A stretch of DNA of 59,277 nucleotides, filler included, from Bipalium vagum (Eukaryota), in NCBI GenBank assembly GCA_037834085.1. It is 3 parts of 3 records of this genome, joined end to end, with 100 filler letters (N's around TTAATTAATTAA, not from the genome) between each part and the next. Parts side by side here need not be neighbours in the genome. Positions count along the whole stretch, not along the records: positions 1 to 18,457 come from JBBMKC010023028.1; 2 more parts are not named here. The stretch is one strand, 5' to 3'. This document shows, piece by piece, positions 1-11,695 of this stretch. Position numbers and translations under genes: made by a program. Below the pieces are notes generated by a model. The model had not been told where the DNA came from. It worked only from the letters and a program-made list of their open reading frames with translations, and did no database searches. How positions within the stretch are numbered: position 1 is the first letter of the stretch; every line of letters starts with the position of its first letter.

Positions 1-908
1 TAGATAAGAAACTTGAGGATATAATTATTGAAAATATTAATAATAGAGTAGACTAATGAACGAAATTAAACATATCATCAATATTATTACGCAATTTTCC
101 ATTATTTTATTTATGTTATTTCTATATTATTTTATTGTTATATTTTATTAATTAAAAATTTTTGAAATAATAACAGTGTCAGAAAATGAAGTAAAAATAT
201 AAAGCAAAAAAGAGATTCTAAAGAACATCCAAAAGTCTAATCTAGTATAATACATAATAATAATTATCTTTTGATATTTTGTATATTAAAATTATTTTAT
301 TAAAATAATTTATGGCTAAGAAGTAATGAATATGAAATGATGATATAAAATTCCGTTAATAGAATTTTTATTTTTTTATGAATTTAATATATTTATTTAT
401 TTTTCATTCTATTTATTATTAATATTTATTAAATAATAATTAGTGTAATTTGTGAAATCAAGTTGAGAAATATGAAAACAAAACAATTTTCTCCAGACTA
501 ATCTTTTACACTTAGTAGTCTAATAAGTTACAGAAAAAGACAAAAAAATTACTACTTATTTTTTAGTTAGAGTTTTAAAATAATTATATATTAATTAAAA
601 TTTAATCTACTTAAATTTTAGGTTGCAGAAAATTGACAACTGAACATAAAAATTGAATAAATAAATTTAATTAATATGTACTAAAATTATTCACAAAAAT
701 TATTCGGATTTTATATATCTTAATATAAAAAAAATCTGTGCTAATAGATCCAAAAGAAATTGAAATATTTTATATTTTTTTATAAATTATAACTGATGGA
801 AAAAAATTATCAAAGGTTCTTTGAAATTCATCGGAATAAACTATTTAGATGTTTGAAATGGGTATAATATGAAATATTTTATGAAATTTTAGAAATAAAT
901 TTTGTCCA

Positions 909-2377
909 GAGAGTCCACCAGCAAAATCCAGACAAGGTTTGTTGAGATATTGTGAAACAAAATTTAATTAATCTGAATTTAAGATATTTTTAAACGTTAA
1001 TAAATCTGGATTTTTTGAGAATCATAATAATAGAAAAAGTGACATCCGAATTTAATTGAAGAGTGGCAGTAATGGAAAGGCTGCAAGCTGGAATGTCGTC
1101 TTAGAAAATTATTGGGTTGGTTAGAAAGTTCGTGCGTTATTTTAATATTGAATTTGTAAATCAAATTTTCATAAATTAATCATTCAGTTGTTGTTTAAAT
1201 AATATAATAGTCTTAAGCGATAATTAAAATGTTATTATGGAAGAAAAAAACTGCATTTTGTCATATTTTTTATTTTGAAAAGGGTAAGTATTATATTATT
1301 TATAAATATTAAATTAATTTTAAAAAAGTTAAGCGCGCCTCGGATGGACATAGGGAAATATGTAAAGTATTATGAGATGATGCTTTATGAATACGATTAT
1401 GCAAAAAATGGTTTGCCAAATTCAGTTGTGGAGAATTCGATATGAACGATGCATCCCACTCCGCACGCCCTTCTCACTTTGATCCAAACCCTATTGGATC
1501 ACTGTTGAGTCTATTATCGAAAGGAATCCATTGAACACGGTTCGGGAAATCGATAATAAAGATATCGCAAAGAACGGTAGATAAACATTCAGGGACGATT
1601 AGTCTGGTAGAAGGCACATTGGCACTTTTTTCTGCCAAACAACCACAGTAGTCCTACGAACGTGACATCATAAATTTGGCGGAAAGATGGAGAAAAATCA
1701 ATAATAATAACGAGGAGCATAATAATATAATTGATTAAAAATTTTTTTAACAATAAAATATTTTTATTTTGTCTTTTCATTAAAAGTCGCACGAACTTTC
1801 TTGCCAACCCAATCATTTTTCGGGTATTCATGGTTCACCGTATATTTCACAAAAGTATTCTACTTTGGATATTTCCGGAGAAGATCCTGCTAATTCAGTA
1901 AGGATTATTTTCTGCAAGCCTTTATATGTGTGTTGTTTCAAGTGAGGGTAAAGTTATGTCATCATATTTCTTTGAATCTGGAGAAAACATTACAAAGGAT
2001 ATCTACCTTGGGGTTCTGGTGTCAACAGTACAACTTTGAATCACTGCTCCAGATAGTCCAGATTTAAATCCTTTAGACTATTTCGTATGGAGAATTATTG
2101 AAGGAGTTTCTAATAAGTCCAGCCATGCCAATAACTCAGATCTTCAAGCAGTTTTTGTGACAGAATTTGACAATATAGAAGGCAGCAGGTAACGAAAACA
2201 TGTTTACGCTTTCGGCAAAGATTATAGGATAGAATAAACTAACAAAGAATAAACTTACAAATCTAGAACTCTTTAATTAAAACATTATTTTATTTGTTAC
2301 ATTAACTTATTTTTTCAAATAAATCTTGGGTAGATATAATTTTGTTTCCTTTGTCCGGATTTTGCTGGTGGACCCTG
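909..2377 (+). mobile_element. Decayed, internally deleted maT/DD37D-type DNA transposon, interrupted by a nested mariner
   Basis: Terminal inverted repeats (TIRs): 909 GAGAGTCCACCAGCAAAATCCAGACAA vs reverse complement of 2351..2377 CAGGGTCCACCAGCAAAATCCGGACAA, followed by TA. Transposase remnants: KVTSEFN*RVAVMERLQAGMS..KI|SFFGYSWFTVY across the nested insertion, VVSSEGKVMSSYFFESGENI, and APDSPDLNPLDYFVW. Confidence 0.8.
1112..1812 (+). mobile_element. Internally deleted mariner (701 bp) nested in the DD37D element; transposase N-terminus contains a putative 45-nt intron
   Basis: TIRs TTGGGTTGGTTAGAAAGTTCGTGCG (1112) and CGCACGAACTTTCTTGCCAACCCAA (ends 1812). Frameshifted N-terminus MEEK.LHF.HIFYFEK[G]...KRASDGHREICKV..DDAL..RLCKKWFAKFSCGEFDMND. 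Confidence 0.85.
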
Positions 2378-5300
2378 TATAAATTGCATCATATTGGAAA
2401 CTTATAAAATTGAATAGAACATGTTTTGATTTCAAGTCGATTTTTTAATTAAACAATTGTCAGCTTTTAACTAAAAATGGAATATATTAAATGTCAACGA
2501 AAAATCGTAATTCTTATGACTGAATTCTCACTTGGAATTAAAAACTGAGGAGTTCAAAAATTAAAATATCAATTTTGATTCTGTCTGTATTTGAATATTT
2601 TTATAAAAGTTACCAAAAAAAGTAATACTTTATGAATTATTTTTATTTTTCAGAGTCTTCATAGAATTATTTTTATGTAAATCAGTACAACATGGTTTTG
2701 TACTTGGTTAAATTATTTTAGTTCTTATAAACGGATTTTGTTTCAATTCACGAAATGTTGTTTCCTGTTTATTCTTCTTACCTTAAAGCACATGATATAT
2801 TCTCGGAAAATGTTTATAAAATAATGCATGTACAATTTTTATTTTTTCCTCATTTTAATTTTTATTAAATAAAATATTTGCAAAATTGACTTTATGGTTT
2901 ATTAAAATATTATTATTCAATTAAACAAAAGAACATTTAGAAGATCGAATTTAATCATCATCTCTCAAATTTGGACCTCTTAAGTTAATGAATCAGTTTA
3001 TCGAGATTTTTTCTTTTCTCAATGTAACAACGAGATTTCGGAAGTCTGTAGAGTATTCTTTTGTCTTTTTACCCATTCAAATAATCAATTCGGAAATAGA
3101 TTTAGAGATCCTATGAAAACCTTGTAAAGCTATATAAATTAAAAATCCCTTACGTTTATTTACACAAAATAAAACGTTAAAAAAATATTTTTTTAAGATT
3201 AAAATGCTATTTCATAAAAGGTCAAGGTCGTACGAATAATTTTTGTATATTAATAATCAGAAAAATTCTAATTTAGAAAATTTAGAAATTTTCATTATTA
3301 AAAATCTACACCAACCTTAATAAATAAACGCATTAATAATGATAGTATTATAAACGCCGAAAACTTTTTAATACTCGTTGATTTTCTTTAAAAAATATAT
3401 GTTTCAAACATAAATGTAATATAATATAATCATACGGATAATTCTTGGAGTAAGTGTATATGTTTGATTTATAGCTTAATATGATGATCATAGCAACAAA
3501 TTTAAAATTGACAAGGTTTTGCACAGGAAAAATAAAGAAAAGGAAAATCTTCGATGTATAATGAAAAATTGAAGTAAATTGAGTATATAAGAAACAACTT
3601 ATAATAAAAGAGATTTACTTATTTTCCGAGGAATCTTGGTTTCATTGTAAATTTTGAAAGGAAATTTTTTCAGGTTTCCCGGTTATAATCTAAATGTAGT
3701 TACAACATTCTAATTAGAATTAGATAATTATCATTGTTTTATAATGGTTTTTCCTATGTTGAGAAATCTATCACTCGATTTTGGATCATTTGGCGAATGG
3801 TAAGACTCCAATGGGTGAATGACATTGAGACAGTGAGTCTAAGTTGACCTTGAAATCGTGATAGTGGACCTAAAATTCAGAAATTATGGTTGTTTCTGAA
3901 GAATAGCATGTTCAGGGCATATCGCAGTTCAGTCTAGTCCGACATAGAGTCAGATCGTAACTAGTTACCACGATATCAACGAAAGCTTATTAAAAGGTTT
4001 TTTGAGGCTTCGCAAGATTATTATAAGGACCAACCTCATCATTTATTTTATCAAATTACGTAATACATATTTTAAAAATATCTTCAATTTTATTACAATA
4101 TTTAATACTCTCAATTAACTAATTAATTATGTGATCACTTGGGTTTGTTTAGCTTATATTATATTATATAATATATATATACTAAACAAACGTGTTTCTA
4201 ATATTTATTACCATTACATCGTTCCAATCATGTAACCATCTCTTTATCTTCAGTTTTCTCTCTGAAAGACCATTGGTCATTTTATCTGCATCGTAATTTA
4301 TAAACTTGAATTAATACTTTTAGTATTTTTAGAAAATATGTCTACCAGGTCCATCTGTACACTATTTCCAACCATGTCTTCGTTAACATCAATCCTATTC
4401 ATTGAAGTGATAATTCGTCAGCTACAGTAAGAAAAAGCAGTAAAAATAATTTCTGAAAAATTTTCATGAAAGTTGCCTATGTTGTCGACTACTGTATTGA
4501 ACACCTTTCACTTTACAAACTATGCTTTCGGGGAAGTTTACATCTGAAAATATAATTTGCAACCATTTCAAATCACTATTACACAATAAGTAGTTTTTTC
4601 TCTGACTTTACTACTGAATCTGTAGACCTGTGACATCCAGCATTATTTTACGACAATCATTATGCCTCATTTTATGATCTGTAAATATACAGCATGAGAT
4701 GATTTACCAAACATCAATTCTATTCAAGATTTTTTATATGCTTATTTCATATTCAATATATATGTAGTTAATTTGGACATAGTTTTACACCTTACTTTTA
4801 GTACACCTTTTCTTGCACTCATTTTATTTAATCACTTAAAGTTTTTTGGTAAGATGAGGCCATTATTTTTTAGTTTCCATATCTTGATTTTTACCATTGT
4901 TAATATGTTAGATATTACCTAAGCGTCTACGATCTGAATCCACAATATTATAGTTGAGTCCCTATGAAATAAGCAAGCCAAAAGGTCCAAAACATTTATT
5001 AAATCGATAATTACAATACATACGATTAATCACAAATGTCTAGTAGTTGTATACGACTGTCAACACCTCACCAGTAACTATGTCCCACTCATATCTTTAA
5101 GCAGTATTCAACTCCCTCACAAAAGAACCAATGTTATCAAACTTAAATAACATAAAATGAAATCAAATAAATGAGATAACGAGTAAATGGATTATGTTCA
5201 AACAAAATCGAATAAACTAATGAACATAAACATTATCTAGTTCCAACTTCAGCTCGCTTCCAATGAAGATTGCCCAGGCATACAAGAGCATTAGTCACTC

Positions 5301-5937
5301 TTCACAACTCCATAGGAACTAGAACACAACACAAAAGGTCATGTCACTCAATAACATCTCTCATTTATTTTTATTATCATGAATAGCCAATAAGTTCTGA
5401 GAGATATTTTTATATATATATATATTTAATTTTTGCTATTAAGGCCAACAGTTCAGAGTTGATTAGTTCAGACAGCTTTCATCAACGGTTTTCCTTCTGT
5501 TTTAAGGCAGACGGGAAATAATTCGCTCAAAATTTAGACCTAAAAATAACAAACTAAATTCCCTTTGCCTTTCAGGAGGAAGGAAATTAATCAATTTTCC
5601 CCTAATCCTAATTGGAGAGAATATTCTCTCAAAAGTCACGCTTCTCGCTCAATTTTCATTATCTTAAAAGCCATACGCTAGCATTAATTGAATCTTATTC
5701 ATTCAGTACAGTTACATAATTTACGAGATTTGTTTTAATGAGAGTTTTTGATGACTAAATATAATCTTTACATGTCAATAGCCACATCCCCCGACTAATT
5801 TTCAATTTATCTCACAAGTGCTAAAAAGCATTTTTATTTGTGTTAATAAAAATTAAGTTTTTTCGCGTTAATCGCATAATGTATTTGTATTTTTTCAGAG
5901 TAAACAGTGTTTATCAACGTAAAAATCTTATATTATA

Positions 5938-7211
5938 TTGGGTTGTTCAAAAAGTCAGTGCTTTTTTATTGCACACTTTAAACACATTTATTTAATATAA
6001 CAAAAACAATATTAATCTATTATGTATTCCCCGTTTTGATCAATTACCTTCTGCCATCTCTGTGGTAGCTTCATTATTCCTCGCAGATAGAAGTCTGCGT
6101 TTTTTTCTGAAAAGAACCTCTCAAGGTGCTCTTTGATAAGACCCTCATTACTAAATGCTATACCATTCAATGAGTTTTGCAAGGAGCCAAACAGATGGAA
6201 ATCGGAAGGGGCAAGGTCTGGATTATAGAGTGAATGTGGCAAAACATCTCACCCAAGGTCGAGCAATTTTTGGCGAGTGATCAAACTGATATGTGGTCTT
6301 GCGTTATCGAAGTGGAAGACCACCCCCTTTCGATTGACCAGCTCAGGACGTTTCTGTTGGATAGAATCGCTCAATCTCTGCAGCTGGTCACAGTAGATTT
6401 CCGAATTTATAGTTTTATTCTTCTGGAGTAGCTCGTAGTAAACAGGTCCCTTCCAATCCCACCAGATTGAAAGCAAAACCTTTTTCTGGTGAATATCTGC
6501 TTTTGCTTGTCTCTCAAGCGCTTCATCTTTTTTAGACCAGCTTCTTTTTCTGTTTACATTGTTGTACACGATCCACTTTTCGTCGCCCGTAATGATGCAC
6601 TTAAGAAATGGGTCGATTTCTTCGCGGTTCATGAGTTGATCGCACATGTCAATTCTATTGATTTTGTGAATTTTTTTCAATTCGTGCGGGACCCAGACAT
6701 TCAATCTTTGGATGAAACCAGCGGACTTTAATTGACCGTAAACGCTTCCAAAAAAAACGCAATTTCTCTGACCGTCGAGTGTTTATTTACTTTCACGAAA
6801 TCCGTAATTGTGTCGATGTCAACCATAGAAGGTCTGCCAGACCGATGAGCATCTTTGAAGGAAAACTTTTCTTCACGGAAACGGGTGAATCACTTCTGGC
6901 ATTGTCTTTCTTTAATGACACCTTCGCCATACACTTTCACTATTTTCTTTCTTGCATCAGTGGGATTTTTTCCTTTTTTGAAATAAAAAAATAAAATATT
7001 CCGCACATGTTCGTCAAAGTTCTCAATTTTTGAAACCCTATAAAAACATGATAAGTTTAAAAAATGAAGGTCAAACTGTACTTACATTTTAATTTTTAAT
7101 GTAAATAAACAATCAATTGTAAATATTGATATATAGCGGTGTATATTAAGTAAAAATTCTCAATTTATCAAAACTACTAAAAAAAACGCACTGACTTTTT
7201 TAACAACCCAA
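5938..7211 (-). mobile_element. Near full-length mariner (DD34D) element, 1274 bp, pseudogenised transposase
   Basis: About 30-bp TIRs (TTGGGTTGTT(C/A)AAAAAGTCAGTGC) with TA on both flanks. ORF fragments carry WVPHEL, ITGDEKW, FHFDNARPH and YNPDLAPSDFHLF. The ORF has frameshifts and an internal TGA. Confidence 0.95.
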
Positions 7212-7261
7212 TATATTGCTAGTATCGGTAAAGAAGGTTAGCTATCAATCAACCTGTTATA

Positions 7262-7425
7262 TTTATAATGTGAGACCAGTGAACTCAGAGCTACCGGAAT
7301 AGGAAAAAATGATAAACCATGAATTGTATACTTTAAAATTGGCCCTAGCAAAGAAAAATTCTGAATTGATTAGCAGGAAAGGCGGTATTCTTCATGATAA
7401 CGCAAAAATGCACATTTCAAAAATG
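7262..7425 (+). mobile_element. Small degenerate mariner transposase fragment
   Basis: Remnant ..KKNSELISRKGGILHDNAKMHISK resembles the RK.VI..HDNA.PH motif. Confidence 0.55.
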
Positions 7426-8992
7426 AATTAAATATAAATGAGAAATTAAAATAAAATAACTTTATCAGTTAAGGTAAAACATTTAAAAGTTTAAGACATG
7501 AAATTTGATCTCTAAATCTTTTTTTTATATTGCGAAAATGACTAATCCTATTCGAATGGAATTCATTCGAAGAGTTATATTGAAAATATATAAATGATTT
7601 TTTGTTTTTTTGTTAATAAATAAAAGTTTGATTTTGATCTAAAATTTTCTTATTACTTTTCCTTCAGCCATAATAAACTTGTCTACTATCTAGCAAATTA
7701 ATAATTTTTATCGAAGTTTTTTCATGAATGATGGTTTTTCCTGAATCAAAACCCAATTCTACTTTTAAAACTAAATATAAATTCTGAAAATGTAATTTAA
7801 TATTTAAAAAGAAATGAATTATTTTTTCAATAATTATTATTCTATTGACAAACCTTTATAAAATAAACATTGTTATTCTATCAATGAAGTATCCTAAGGA
7901 TACAAAGAATATTGCAATTTTCAGTCATTCTAAAATAAACTTAGTTTAAAATTTTTTAAAGATTATAGAGAAATTCAAGAAATGATCAAGCTTGGAAGTA
8001 TTGTTTTGAAAAATTGCGCTGGAGACAAGCATAAATTTACCGATTCCTTTCACAGTACTATTTGTTTTGTTTAGAAATTAAAAATCTCTATTATTCCTAT
8101 TGATTTAAACAAAAATTTCCATTTTTATAAATATTTTTTTAAAATTAAAATTATTAGACAAAAATCCTTTTATATTTAATTTTTTTTGCTCATTATTAGT
8201 TGAAATATTACTTTTGATTTTATAATTTTCATTTTAATAAAAAATAGATTAAGATTTATTATTTAGTCTTTTAACCAAATAATATTGACAATTGTAGCTT
8301 AACAAAACTCAGAAATGAAAAGAGAATAGATTTAAATAGTTTATTCGATATTTCTTACAGGATAGAATTTTATCTATCAAAAAGCTTTTTTAAAGCTTTC
8401 CAATTTTCATAATCAAAATTGTAGAATCTCCTTATAAATTATAAAATATAAAAATTACGAACAATCTCTGATGTGTCAAAGATTGTGACTGAGAGATAAT
8501 GGCATGGATGTTTAAAATAAAAGTAATTTTTGTTAAAATATTGATGAAAAAAACATTTAGAGTACTTAAATAATGTTAAAATTCTCAAATTTCAGCTCAA
8601 CTTGTGAAAGGAACCGAGAAGAGTTTTAGAATATTTGCTAATCATTCTATCCTATAAGAACCCTCAAACACCATCGAAGTATAAAATATGAAACAAATTT
8701 ATATGTAAGCCTTAAAAAATATGGACAGAGGAGGATGACAATTCAATGATCTTTACATTTCATTATCAACAATTATCGATAAGTCATGAAAATAATATTA
8801 AACAAAATATTCAATACCAAACAATTATTTTCATCAATTTCGAATATGGTTCAATGGAATTCGTCGAGTAAGACTTTCGATCAATAACAACCGATAAATA
8901 AATAAATAATAAAAATAGTTCATTTCAATCATAAGAGTCAACTGATAATATGAAAATAATTATTGTGAATAAGTCAGTGAGTATTACAAAAA

Positions 8993-11638
8993 TCAAATAG
9001 CAGGCGGCTTCGGCCAGTGCTTCTTTATAACAACACTTGAGAATGATGTCGAACATTCCCAGTAACTTTCGCACTCTGGATAAAGCATTAATATTAAGAA
9101 TAATGAAAACAAAACGATCAATAAAATGGGGATCAATATTAGTAAAAATCGACAAATCAGCCTAGACCAAGACCTTTGAGCGGAAGGATTTTCAAATTCA
9201 AGCAATGGCGGTGACGAATTGACCCGTTCAGATAACAATCGTTGATTTTCAAAATGCGATACAGGAGTAGTCACATTCGACTTGTTGATTCTCTGTCGAA
9301 TATTTAATTCACAAGGCATTTGATCATCAGGCACGATAGGTGCAACACAAGACTGTTCAAAACTGTTAATAGACGGTACCAAAAGACTAGAATTGTTCAT
9401 ATTATCTTCATCATAATCATCGTCATATTCATAATCGTCATATTTCAAAGATGGAAATATCTGGATCAATGCTGAGGTATGGTCATCATCGTCGATGGGG
9501 AATGGTTTCAGTCTGATTATCAAAGAGGAAAATTAATCGAAACAATATAATTGGAAAGACTGATCATGCTTTTCCATATAATCACAAATACATGCATCTT
9601 GGTACACTAATAGAATGAACTCTTAAAATATGAGCTGTGAAAAAAAAGAAAGTTCAGTCTTTTGCTAAGAAATAACGATTATAATTAAAGTTAAAGATAT
9701 TTAATACTTTATTAAGGTAAAAGGATAATTTCAAAGAATATAGGCCTTTACTATGTTCAAGTATTATTAAAAAAATAATCATAATTATGGAATAAAATAA
9801 CACTTTCCGAACTCTCTGCATAGAATATCATGGGATATTTTCTAAAAATTATCCTTTTACTAATAAACAAAAAAATTTAGTCCAAGTTCGGTATAGTTGA
9901 ACAAAAGTTAAAGAAAACAAAATTATACATGGTAAATATAATATAAAAATTAGTTAGAGTTGATTTATCATTTTTCCTTATTTTTTTAAATTTCAAAATA
10001 CTTAGGAGGAAAACTGAATTGGATAATCTTGAATTAAATCCTTTTTTAAAGTAAAAAAGATCAAGCTTTGAAAGAAAATCAAGTGGATCATTATAGAAAA
10101 GAGAAATAATCAAAATGGAAATAGTTAAAAGAAAAATATACTCAAAATCATCAGAGCTCATTCAAATCAGATAAATAAAGAACCAGACCATCAGTAATAA
10201 TAATTGCCAATTTAATTAAAAGTCCGGTTTTTTATTATAATATTTAATAAAAATGTTTGATAATCAACATAAACTATAATCCATTTATATCTACCTCTTG
10301 GATTCATCGTTTCGCAAGCGCTAAATATGATAAAACAAGCAAATAGTAATATTGTCTAATAATAAAATTATAAAGAGATATTGTATTATAAAAAATTATA
10401 ATATTAATTTTATAATAATAATAATGGTGTATATGTACAATTATAACCTTAAGTTAGTCACAATAAACCATTCTGACTATGCCATAATAACGTCACATAT
10501 CACAAATAATAATAAATCAATAAAAATTATATTTTATCTACTTTATTATAATAAATTTATCAAAAATATTTCAACATTCGATCACGAAACCTGCCAAAAT
10601 TAATTTTAATATATTATATTGTAGTATAAAAGAAAACGGACTCGTTTCATATGAAATCAATCTTAATTAAATAATATAATAAATATCTTTATTAGAATCG
10701 TTGTTGGTATTCAAGAAATTTAATCTAAATTTATTGTTTTAATAAATGAAAAAAATTATAATAATTGAAAGTTTATAAGAATAAATTAAAATGAAAAAAA
10801 ATTTCAGAGATCCAAGCTCACATTTTGCCTTTGCTGTCAAAAAATTACCAGAACATTGAAAATTTCTAAAGCTATGTATATTGAAGTAGAATAAATAAAT
10901 AAATAAATATAATCAGATATTTAAATATGTGCTATAAAAAGTAATTATCTATTTATACAGTAAAACAAAAAAAAACTTTCGAGTTAAATTATTAAAATAT
11001 ATAATGTCAAACTTTGGATTTCGCAAATCCGATATTTCATACTTAATGATCTAATACTTTCAATATTGATTTTAAGACAATGGACAATTGCATTGTTTAA
11101 TATATTACAATCGATTTTACTAATAAACGTTATATTATTTTTTAATATAATGTATTTGAAGAAGATAGAATTATTTTATAAAAAAAATTTATTTATTGAT
11201 TTATTAAATTGTTTTTCTCAATGACTGAAATTTTTTGACTTGTATTAAAATTATATTATTATGTAAACTGAAATTAAAATAATTAGATTTATATAATTAA
11301 AATCAAATCCTATTGATTAAAATGAATTTTTTAGAAATTCCCACCAAAAAGTTTATTAAATTTGTTTCAGACACAAATTGATCAAAAATTCTAAATGTGG
11401 AGGCAGTTTAAAGTGCATAAAATCAATTCCATTTGGAGAGAAGAATAATAAAAAATATAACATTTCCACCAGCTTAATACTCATTATTTCCAAGTAAAGA
11501 AAAACAAAATTTTTTCTCCAAACCACCATCAGATCTTCAAATCACAAACTGACTTTCAAACAAATTTTATAAGAATGTTATCTCAAATTTTAAGAATGAA
11601 AGCTATTTTGGTTTTATAAATTTTTCAATTGAAAAAAA

Positions 11639-11695
<57 letters not shown>

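Noticed and set aside
4250-5350. Possible integrase-like remnant (VQMDLVD) on the minus strand
   Set aside because: A single short motif with many stops; family cannot be supported.
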